Source of the DNA: Candidatus Nanohalarchaeota archaeon
GTDB taxonomy: Archaea; Nanohalarchaeota; Nanosalinia; Nanosalinales; JAFCCC01
Direction of reading: 5' to 3'
Assembly: GCA_017610385.1 (NCBI GenBank)
Contig: JAFCCC010000009.1
Span: 1 to 25,055 of the forward strand
Length of the DNA stretch: 25,055 nt
A model generated the notes under the pieces. The model was not told where the DNA came from and made no database searches. It saw only the letters and a program-made list of their open reading frames with translations. Of the stretch, positions 1 to 7,758 are shown piece by piece. A program made the position numbers and the translations under genes. Positions within the stretch are counted from its first letter, which is position 1. Each line of letters starts with the position of its first letter.

Positions 1-4
1 AAAA

Positions 5-143
5 TGAGCTTTTCAGATAAAAGCTCACGGAAACTTGTTAAGTTTCCTAAATCGGAAATTAATGCATTTCCAATTCAAGCAAAATAAGCCTTTTAGTAAA
101 GGCTTAAGCGAAAACCAAAGAAGAGAATTATTTGTTAATTCTC
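5..143. repeat. Array of five short inverted repeats (hairpins) upstream of the 23S promoter
   Basis: TGAGCTTTT/AAAAGCTCA (5-27), GGAAACTT/AAGTTTCC (29-47), GGAAAT/ATTTCC (54-71), TAAGCCTTT/AAAGGCTTA (85-106), GAGAATTA/TAATTCTC (123-143). Confidence 0.75.
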
Positions 144-160
144 AGGGGGTGTATGATTTG

Positions 161-168
161 TTATATAT
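161..168 (+). promoter_or_regulatory. Putative TATA box of the 23S rRNA transcription unit
   Basis: TTATATAT about 50 nt upstream of the 5' processing-stem strand; no 16S 3' end is present in the preceding 160 nt. Confidence 0.5.
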
Positions 169-216
169 CCTCACGAGCACATGTTACCCAGAACAGTTAT
201 TGTGTTATGAAGAAAG

Positions 217-258
217 TAGGCAATCTGTCTAGTTTCATCGAGTAAATCGAGTTGGTAT
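217..258 (+). other. 5' strand of the 23S pre-rRNA processing stem with BHB motif
   Basis: TAGGCAATCTGTCTAGTTTC (217-236) is the exact reverse complement of 3203-3222. GAGT (240-243) pairs with GCTT, followed by a 3-nt bulge AAA. TCGAGTTGGTAT pairs with ATGCCAACTCGA. Confidence 0.9.
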
Positions 259-260
259 TA

Positions 261-3180
261 CAGGCCAGATAGTGAATGGCTTGGTTCGAGACGCTGATGA
301 AGGACGTGACAAGCTGCGATAAGCTTTGGGGAGGCGCATGTAGCCTTCGATCCAAAGATTTCCGAATGGGACTTCCCATCATCAGATGATCCGAAAGGAT
401 CGGGAACGCGGTGAATTGAAACATCTTAGTAACCGCAGGAAAAGAAATCAATAGAGATCTCCTTAGTAAAGGCGATCGAAAAGGAGATAGGGCAAACTGA
501 ATCCCTTAATGTGAATTAAGGGAGATGTGGTGTGACCTAAGTTAGATTCTCTATAGTTGAGTTGAAGTGAACTGGAAAGTTCTACCTTAGAGGGTGATAG
601 TCCCGTAAATTAAAACTGGTGAGAATTGATTAGGTTCAAGAGTAAACGGGCTTGGCATTGCTCGGAGAATGTGGGGGTCATCAACCTCCAACCCTAAATA
701 CGTCTCGAGTCCGATAGCGTATAGTACTGTGAAGGAAAGCTGAAAAGCATCCCTAAAAAGGAGATGAAAAGAGCCTGAATTTATCTGGCTATAGTCTGTT
801 AGTGCCCCGAAGGAATGATAATCTACGAAGGAATTAGTCGAGAGGCTATAGTACGAGTAGAGAGTACCAGGGTTCTAACGTGCGTTTCGAAAAACGCGGC
901 AGGGAGTGTGTTTTTCTGGCAAGGTTAATCTTTGTAAAAGAGAAGTCGTAGCGAAAGCGAATGCTTGCAACTTTGTGAGAAGCAACCTGATAATACGGGT
1001 TTAGTCAGCGGAACACGATCCGAAGCCTGTTGATCTAGTCCTGAACAGGGTGAAGCCCATCGAAAGATGGGTGAAGGCCCGAACCGTTGCTGTGGACAAG
1101 CGCTCGGATGATTTGGGATTAGCGGTGATATGCCAATCAAAACAGGTAATAGCTGGTTCCTCCCGAAATGGACCAAAGCCCAGCCTGGAGCGAGATTTCT
1201 AGCGAGGTAAAGCCACTGATCAGGTGTTACGGCCTTTCACGGGTCGGCATCTTGTCAAACTCAGAATTCGCTAGTATCGTAGACCTCTGGAGTCGGGGGC
1301 GTGGGGTAAGCTCGCGTCCCGAGAGGGAAACAACCCGGACTTAGATTAAGGTCCCTAAATACTGGCTAAGTGTAAAGAAAGGTAGTCTTGAGTCTTAGAC
1401 AGCGGGGAGGTTGGCTTAGAAGCAGCCATCCTTTAAAGAAAGCGTAATAGCTCACCCGTTGAGGCTCGGGGCGCCGTAAATGGACGGGGCTAAAGCCAGT
1501 TACCGATATCCAAGTCTTGTAGTATAAACTACAAGAGGTAGGGAGGCGTTCTGCATGGGCGGAAGCACAGGTGTGAATTTGTGTGGACCGTGTAGAAATG
1601 AGAATCCTGCCAGTAGTACCAGCCTAGAGTTGTGAGAATCAACTCCGCCGAAAGGGCAAGGGTTCCCCCGCAACGATGATCGACGGGGGGTTAGTCGATC
1701 CTAATTCGTACCCTAACAGGAGTACGAAGAATGGGAAATCTGTTAATATTCAGATACCACAATAAGCTCTGTTAATCGTTACATTTCTGGATAATCTAAG
1801 TGGAACCATCGTTCCATTTAACCGTATAAATTCGGGGATTATAATGAAGAGATCCGAAGGAAATTGGGAATAGCCTAAGAAATTATCTTGGGTTTAGATG
1901 AATCCTGGAATCATGGAAAATTCGATTAAGCCACTTGTTGTGTTCGTACCCAGAACCAGCACTGGTGCCCTGGCTGAAAAGGCTAAGGTGTCTCGAGTAA
2001 TAATTAGACTTAGGGAATTCAGCAATTTAGCCCCGTATGTTCGCTATAAGGGGTGCCCGAAACCGCTTCGGCGAGTTTTGGGTCGCAGTAACAAGGAGGA
2101 CACGACTGTTTACTAAAAACGTAGCCGACTGCTAGAGAGAAATCTTGTGTATAGTTGGTGACTCCTGCCCAGTGCCAGTACCTGAACCTTTGTTTCAACA
2201 GAGTGAAGGGCTGGTAAACGGCGGCGGTAACTATGACCGTCTTAAGGTAGCGTAATCCCTTGCCAATTAATTGTTGGCCCGCATGAAGGGAGTAACGATG
2301 TCCTCAGTGTCCCAAGTCTAAGCTCGGTGAACTTGTCATACAGGTGAAAAGACCTGTGATATCTAGTGGGTAGCGAAGACCCCGTGAATCTTTACTACAG
2401 TCTGTGGTTGAGGTACGAGTTTGAATGTAGAGTGTAGACAGGAGACGTCGAAGCGATCTCGTCAGGGATCGTGGAGTCGCTAATGGAACACTGTCCTTTT
2501 AAACTTGTACTTCTTACTCGTAAGAAGACATCTGCAGATGGGTAGTTTAGCTGGGGCGGCATCACTCTGAGAAAGCATCAGAGTGGCCCAATGGTCGACT
2601 CAAACCGGTCGGAAATCGGTTGTAGAGTGCAAGGGCAAAAGTCGGCCTGACAGGATTATGAACATTAAGTTTTCCTGACACGAAAGTGTGGCCTAGCGAA
2701 CTCCTGTAATTTTGTTGATGAATTGCAGGAACGACAGAAAAGGTACTCCGGGGGTAACAGGATTGTCTCGGGCGCGAGTCCATATCGACCCCGAGGCTTG
2801 TTACTTCGATGTCGGCTCATCGCATCCTGGCTGTGCAGCAGCAGCCAAGGGTGGGGGTGTTCACCCATTAAAGCGGTTCGTGAGCTGGGTTTAGAACGGC
2901 GCGAGCCAGTTTGGTCGTTAACTGCTAGATATGTTGGTAGTCTGAGAGGAAGATCCATATAGTACGAAAGGAACTATGGAGCGCAGCCTCTGGTGGATCA
3001 GTTGTCCGATAGGGCACGCTGAGTAGCTACGCTGTAAAGGATAAGCACTGAAAGCATCTAAGTGCGAAGCCACCCTCAAAAAGAGACTGCTTAGGCTCTC
3101 CTAAAAGAGGAGTTAATAGAGCGGAAGTGTAAGAATCAAGGCAACGAGATTTTCAGCTCACCGCTACTAATAGCCAAAAA
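261..3180 (+). rRNA. rrl: Archaeal 23S rRNA (ends approximate)
   Basis: Universal LSU motifs: GAATTGAAACATCTTAGTA, GGTAACTATGACCGTCTTAAGGTAGC (H69-71), archaeal GCGAAGACCCC, CTGGGGCGG (P-loop), TCGATGTCGGCTC, sarcin-ricin loop AGTACGAAAGGAAC. About 2.92 kb long and enclosed by a BHB stem. Confidence 0.98.
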
Positions 3181-3181
3181 T

Positions 3182-3222
3182 ATGCCAACTCGAGCTTGTA
3201 GAGAAACTAGACAGATTGCCTA
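3182..3222 (+). other. 3' strand of the 23S pre-rRNA processing stem with BHB motif
   Basis: ATGCCAACTCGA-GCTT-GTA(bulge)-GA-GAAACTAGACAGATTGCCTA, complementary to 217-258. Confidence 0.9.
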
Positions 3223-3285
3223 AATCTTCAATTTTTCTAAATTTTTCAAACTAATATATAAAAATAGTACATAGTAGTAGTTAGC

Positions 3286-3294
3286 TTTATATAT
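3286..3294 (+). promoter_or_regulatory. TATA box of the RNase P RNA gene
   Basis: TTTATATAT ends about 24 nt before the P1 helix start at 3318. Confidence 0.65.
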
Positions 3295-3317
3295 GTACTA
3301 AAAACAATATAAAATTA

Positions 3318-3597
3318 GTCTGAAGAGGTAGAAGGCAGCAGTTCCTTAGGGAATTAGGAAAGTCCCGCCCCCATTAAATTCGTGCCTCTGGGAGAGAGGG
3401 TGGTGAGAACCACGCAACAGTATCAGAAACGTAACTTCACTCAGTATATGCGATGAAATATCGTTTTTTAATCTTAATTGAGAAAAAAATGAAAGAGATC
3501 TCTGAGATGAAGATGAAACGGACAGTCCACGTGGAGCAAGCTTTGTGCGCTTAGTAGAATGCCTTAAACAGAAGCGGGCTTACTCACCTCATCAGAC
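3318..3597 (+). ncRNA. rnpB: Archaeal RNase P RNA (about 280 nt)
   Basis: P1 GTCTGAAGAGGT/ACCTCATCAGAC; P2 AAGGCA/TGCCTT; CR-I AGGAAAGTCCCG; CAGAAAC and TGAAACGG conserved regions; GGAGCAAG; CR-V AACAGAAGCGGGCTTAC. Confidence 0.93.
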
Positions 3598-3604
3598 CCT
3601 TATC

Positions 3605-3724
3605 TTATATATCTTCTTTTAAATCAATTATCCTGGAATCAATAATTTTTGCTAAGTTTACTATTTCTTCTTTCAAAGAAGTTTTATTATAGTTTACATT
3701 AATTATAATTTCGATGATTTTCAA
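3605..3724 (-). CDS. Possible 39-aa small ORF or gene remnant (TTG start; MKIIEIIINVNYNKTSLKEEIVNLAKIIDSRIIDLKEDI)
   Basis: Open frame fills the rnpB-secG gap with protein-like composition; no homology recognised. Confidence 0.25.
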   Translation of the reverse strand: MKIIEIIINVNYNKTSLKEEIVNLAKIIDSRIIDLKEDI

Positions 3725-3762
3725 ACTACAAGCTTAAATATTTTTTCATCTAAGGAAGATGT

Positions 3763-3942
3763 ATGGCACGAAAGAAACTAACTATGCCTTCTAGCTCAGG
3801 AGGTCTTGTAAGATATTATGATGAAGACACAGATGCAATTAGAATTGATCCGAAATGGGTTGTTGGTGCTATTGGATTTTTAGTAATTTTAGAAGTGTTT
3901 TTACATCTTTATGGGAATGCGTTCTTAGGCACAATTGTATAG
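3763..3942 (+). CDS. secG: Preprotein translocase subunit Sec61beta/SecG (59 aa; missing from the ORF track)
   Basis: Manual translation MARKKLTMPSSSGGLVRYYDEDTDAIRIDPKWVVGAIGFLVILEVFLHLYGNAFLGTIV: the GLxRYYDED..I.IDP motif followed by one C-terminal TM helix. Confidence 0.93.
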   Translation: MARKKLTMPSSSGGLVRYYDEDTDAIRIDPKWVVGAIGFLVILEVFLHLYGNAFLGTIV

Positions 3943-4042
3943 AGATTGAGCTTAACTTTAAAAAGTCACACATTTAATTTCTTTTTAATATTATGGGGCT
4001 TCCTTAAAGGAATGTTACCTTTAATACGGAAAATTTATAACG

Positions 4043-4107
4043 GTTTCCTGATTCGTGAATCTTCATTTACGAGTGAGTTAAATCTATGATTTAACAAAAT
4101 AGGAAAC
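4043..4107. repeat. Branched hairpin cassette (three-way junction) upstream of the tRNA
   Basis: GTTTCCT (4043-4049)/AGGAAAC (4101-4107) encloses TTCGTGAAT/ATTTACGAG and GTTAAATC/GATTTAAC. Confidence 0.6.
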
Positions 4108-4145
4108 TCTCTGAATTTTCACAATAATCAAACTTTCATAAGTTT

Positions 4146-4295
4146 GGGCCTGTAGCTCAGTTGGATAGAGCACCAACTAGGAAAATAACCTAAATGTTTC
4201 TTAGGTGTATGCCTTCTACCAGTTAGAAGAACTGATCCGAAAGGAAATGATTGGAAGATAGCTGGGGGTCGAGGGTTCGAGCCCCTCCAGGTCCG
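4146..4295 (+). tRNA. trnR-TCT: tRNA-Arg(TCT) with two introns (4176-4210 at 29/30; 4219-4259 at 37/38); CCA not encoded
   Basis: Acceptor GGGCCTG/CAGGTCC, D arm GCTC/GAGC, T arm GAGGG-TTCGAGC-CCCTC. Removing both introns restores CCAGC-CTTCTAA-GCTGG. Arg identity elements A20, C35 and G73 are present, and both introns have BHB-like junctions. Confidence 0.92.
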
Positions 4296-4297
4296 AT

Positions 4298-4329
4298 TAA
4301 GCCTTTTTAGTAAAAGGCTTAAGCGAAAA
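4298..4329 (+). repeat. Second copy of the palindromic element TAAGCCTTT(T)-TAGT-(A)AAAGGCTTA-AGCGAAAA (first copy 85-114)
   Basis: Near-identical to 85-114, with one extra T-A pair in the stem. Confidence 0.85.
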
Positions 4330-4431
4330 TAAAACAGCGAGTTACGAGTGTAACTCACTTCAAAAAATAAATGTTGTGAGAGAAGGCGGTATTCCGCTGG
4401 AAGCTGCCCTTAATTATTAAGAGATAGGAAG

Positions 4432-6129
4432 ATGCACAAATTTACCGAAGAAGTAGCAAAATTAATTGCAAAAGAAACAAAATTAAATCTGGAAGAGATT
4501 TCAAAAAGTCTTGAATTTCCTCCAAATCTGGAAATGGGTGATCTGGCGTTTCCTTGTTTTTCTTTAAGTAAAAAAATGAAGAGGAATCCTATTGAAATTT
4601 CTAATGAATTGGCTGGGAAGATTAAATCGTCTGGGTCAATCAAAGAAGTTAAATCAATGGGACCTTATTTAAACTTCTTTATTAAACCAGAAAAATTAGC
4701 TGAATCGGTTTTGGAAGAAATTTCTACTCAAAAAAAAGACTATGGCTCTAAGAAAAGTAGTGGTAAAACGATTTTAGTTGAATTTCCAGCGCCAAATACG
4801 AATAAGCCACTTCATGTAGGACATGTAAGAAATATGTGCATAGGGGAATCTATTTCAAGAATTTTGGAAACTCAAGGGCATACGGTTTTTAGAGTTAATT
4901 TGAATAACGACAGGGGAGTTCATATTTGCAAATCAATGTTATCTTATCAGAAATGGGGTAAGAACACGAGACCAGATAAAAAATCTGATCATTTTGTAGG
5001 TGAATTTTATGTTTTATTTGCTAAAAAAGCAAAAGACAGTCCTGGGTTAGAAAAGGAAGCGCAAGAATTATTAAGACTATGGGAAGCCAAAGACGATAAA
5101 ACAAGAGCTCTTTGGAAAAAAATGAATAAGTGGGCTTTGGATGGTTTTAAAGAAACCTATAAGAATTTTGGAATTAGGTTTGATAAAGAATATTTTGAAA
5201 GTGAAATGTATGAGAAAGGAAAAGAGATTGTCAATACGTATCTTAAAAAGGGTGTGTTTCGTAAAGGCACAGCCGGAGAAGTTTTAATTGATCTTGGAAA
5301 GGAAATAGGGAAGAAAGTTTTATTAAGGGCTGATGGAACCACGGTTTATATTACGCAAGACTTGTATCTGGCTGAGTTAAAATACAAAGATTATGCTTAT
5401 GATAAATCAATCTATGTGGTGGGAAGTGAACAAAAGTATCACTTTAAGGTCCTATTTGAGATTCTTAAGAGAATTAAGTTTAAGGGCGCAAAAGGATGTT
5501 ATCATTTGAGTTATGGAATGGTTAATTTGCCTGAGGGAAAATTAAAATCAAGGGAAGGAACTGTTGTTGATGCAGATGATTTGCTTGAAGAGGTTGCTGA
5601 AGCTGCTGAAAAAGAAATTAAAAAAAGGCAGAATGTTTCTGTAAAAGAAGCTAAAGAATTATCTTTAAAAATCGCGCTGAGCGCAATAAAATATTTTATG
5701 TTAAAACATTATGCACAAAAGGATTTCATTTTTAGACCAAAAGAATCTATTTCATTTGAAGGGAATACAGGACCATATATTCAGTATTCTTTAGTAAGAG
5801 CCAATAAAATTTTAGAAAAAAGTACAGAAAAAATAAGGGATAAAGTTGATTTCTCTTTATTAACGGAAAAAGAGGAAATTAAATTAATTAAAAAATTAAG
5901 TTTATTTGGGGAAATTTTAGAAGAAACTAGTAAGAATTACGCTCCGAATATTTTGGCGGAGTATGTTTATTCTTTGGCAAATTTATTTAGTCAATTTTAT
6001 GAGAAGTGTCCTGTAATTCAAGAAGATAAAAAGAGAGAAAGATCAAGGATATTTTTAATTCAGTGTTTTACACAGGTTTTAGAAAAAGGACTTAATCTAT
6101 TAGGAATTGATGCTGTTTCTAAAATGTGA
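4432..6129 (+). CDS. argS: Arginine--tRNA ligase
   Basis: N-terminal GDLAFPCF and GPYLNF; PNTNKPLHVGHVRN (HIGH-like motif); YVVGSEQKYHF; KLKSREG; GNTGPYIQY; C-terminal DALR-type domain. Confidence 0.97.
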   Translation: MHKFTEEVAKLIAKETKLNLEEISKSLEFPPNLEMGDLAFPCFSLSKKMKRNPIEISNELAGKIKSSGSIKEVKSMGPYLNFFIKPEKLAESVLEEISTQKKDYGSKKSSGKTILVEFPAPNTNKPLHVGHVRNMCIGESISRILETQGHTVFRVNLNNDRGVHICKSMLSYQKWGKNTRPDKKSDHFVGEFYVLFAKKAKDSPGLEKEAQELLRLWEAKDDKTRALWKKMNKWALDGFKETYKNFGIRFDKEYFESEMYEKGKEIVNTYLKKGVFRKGTAGEVLIDLGKEIGKKVLLRADGTTVYITQDLYLAELKYKDYAYDKSIYVVGSEQKYHFKVLFEILKRIKFKGAKGCYHLSYGMVNLPEGKLKSREGTVVDADDLLEEVAEAAEKEIKKRQNVSVKEAKELSLKIALSAIKYFMLKHYAQKDFIFRPKESISFEGNTGPYIQYSLVRANKILEKSTEKIRDKVDFSLLTEKEEIKLIKKLSLFGEILEETSKNYAPNILAEYVYSLANLFSQFYEKCPVIQEDKKRERSRIFLIQCFTQVLEKGLNLLGIDAVSKM

Positions 6130-6134
6130 TTGTG

Positions 6135-6148
6135 TCCGAGCGCTCGGA
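6135..6148. promoter_or_regulatory. Perfect 14-bp palindrome TCCGAGCGCTCGGA, copy 1
   Basis: Identical to 13804-13817; intergenic and GC-rich in an AT-rich context. Confidence 0.6.
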
Positions 6149-6300
6149 TATGTGATTTCTTTTACTATGGTTTTAAACTAACAAATCAAGCTTATTCTAT
6201 TCGTTTCACAGGAAACAGACCCCAAAAGATATAAGGCATCAATCTTAATTTAAGTAATTGTAGTGGATTATACGCTATAATTTAACCATAGTTAAAACAT

Positions 6301-7734
6301 ATGGTTAAAGAATGTGACATTATGGGTAAATATGTTCACGCGGGAGTGGGAATCTCCAAAGCTGATGACCCAGCTCAGGCCGGTAAAGAGGCCGTTGAGA
6401 TGGCTTTGGAAAAAATGAAAAAAGACGGCGGGAAAAAGCCGACCTTTGGAATCTTATTTTGTTCTGGCGGAAAATACGGAAAAAACCGAGAAACTCTTGA
6501 AGAACTAGTTTCTGGTGCTCATTCTATTTTTAAAGATGTGCCCTGGGTCGGATGCACTACTTGTGGAGAAATTAGTAATTTAGGGGTCATTGAGCATTCA
6601 TGTGTAGCGTCTGTAATATCTTCAGATTATCTGCAAGCCGGAATTGGCATAGGAACTAAGGTACATGAAAATCCCGAGAATGCGGGAGAATTAGCTGTTA
6701 AAGACGCAATTAAAAATCTTAAAAGGGAAAAAATGATTACTCCATATTTGCGTTATCTTGCGGAGAAGAAAAAATCTTCTGTTGAGCTAATGAAACAGTA
6801 TTCTTATTTTATGTTCTTGTTCTCTCCAGGACATACGTTTACTTTAAGCGGGATGGAAGACGCGGTACTGCAAGGAGCACATAGAGTAATAGGTCATAAT
6901 ATTCCTATCATTGGTGGTACTGCGGGTGATGATGCTAAAATGATTGGAAATTTTGAATTTGCTAATGGGGTGATATATAATGATGCTGCTATTGGCATGG
7001 CAATATCTGTTGGGTTGAAAGTAGGTTTTGCTTTCGGTCATGGATACATCCCAACCAATAAAACTTGTATTGTAACCAAATCTGAGGGATATATTGTTCA
7101 TGAACTAGATGGCAGACCTGCCGCGGAAGTTTATGCGGAGTTAATTGGAATCAAATTTGAAGAACTTTGGAGCCACAAAACCAATATGATGATGAAGCTG
7201 GTTCCTGTTGTTAAAGCAGCAGTAAAGTATTTCTCTGCAAAGATGGATTCTAAGATGATACCTTTTGCTTCGACAGCATATACGAATCCTTTTGGGATTA
7301 TAGATCTTCATGGCAATATTGCCGTAAGGGTACCTTTAAAAGTTGTGAAAGGTAAAAAACTGCTGTTTGCAGAGAAGATCCCAGAAAATATGGTATTGAA
7401 TAAACTTAAAATTGATCCAAAAAAAGTAATCAACGCAGAGAGTAATGCTATACAGGATGCACGAAAAGATGCGGGAGCTAAACCAAAGATTATTTTCATT
7501 TTTGATTGTTCTTTGCGCAGAATATTTGCATTGGGAGAGAAAAAACTAGATAGAATTATTAAATCTATAAATAAAAAATATCCTGATGCGCACATACTAG
7601 GTTTTGGGTCTATGGGAGAGTATACATTCAATCCTAAATCTGAACCGGTAGCTAATTCTGCTACAGTTTCTATAGGAATAATATCAGACGAACTGATAGC
7701 TGAAAAAGGCAAAACTCAAACGAAAGATTTATAA
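6301..7734 (+). CDS. FIST N/FIST C domain sensory protein (start may be 6322)
   Basis: FIST motifs GCTTCGEI, IIGGTAGD, GHGYIP, VHELDGRPA, DCSLRR and GFGSMGE. Confidence 0.9.
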   Translation: MVKECDIMGKYVHAGVGISKADDPAQAGKEAVEMALEKMKKDGGKKPTFGILFCSGGKYGKNRETLEELVSGAHSIFKDVPWVGCTTCGEISNLGVIEHSCVASVISSDYLQAGIGIGTKVHENPENAGELAVKDAIKNLKREKMITPYLRYLAEKKKSSVELMKQYSYFMFLFSPGHTFTLSGMEDAVLQGAHRVIGHNIPIIGGTAGDDAKMIGNFEFANGVIYNDAAIGMAISVGLKVGFAFGHGYIPTNKTCIVTKSEGYIVHELDGRPAAEVYAELIGIKFEELWSHKTNMMMKLVPVVKAAVKYFSAKMDSKMIPFASTAYTNPFGIIDLHGNIAVRVPLKVVKGKKLLFAEKIPENMVLNKLKIDPKKVINAESNAIQDARKDAGAKPKIIFIFDCSLRRIFALGEKKLDRIIKSINKKYPDAHILGFGSMGEYTFNPKSEPVANSATVSIGIISDELIAEKGKTQTKDL

Positions 7735-7758
7735 ATACTTTATAACTATTACAGAGTA

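Noticed and set aside
35-2962. Short ORFs in the track overlapping the 23S gene and its leader
   Set aside because: They lie within rRNA or hairpin DNA and have no coding signature.
261-3180. Intron or homing endonuclease in the 23S gene
   Set aside because: The length of about 2.92 kb is normal, conserved motifs are contiguous, and no insertion is seen.
4176-4210. Nested intron within tRNA intron 1 (ACCTAA/TTAGGT hairpin)
   Set aside because: No second bulge-helix-bulge can be drawn; it is only an alternative fold.
4128-4358. 76-aa minus-strand ORF
   Set aside because: It is the antisense shadow of the tRNA-Arg gene.
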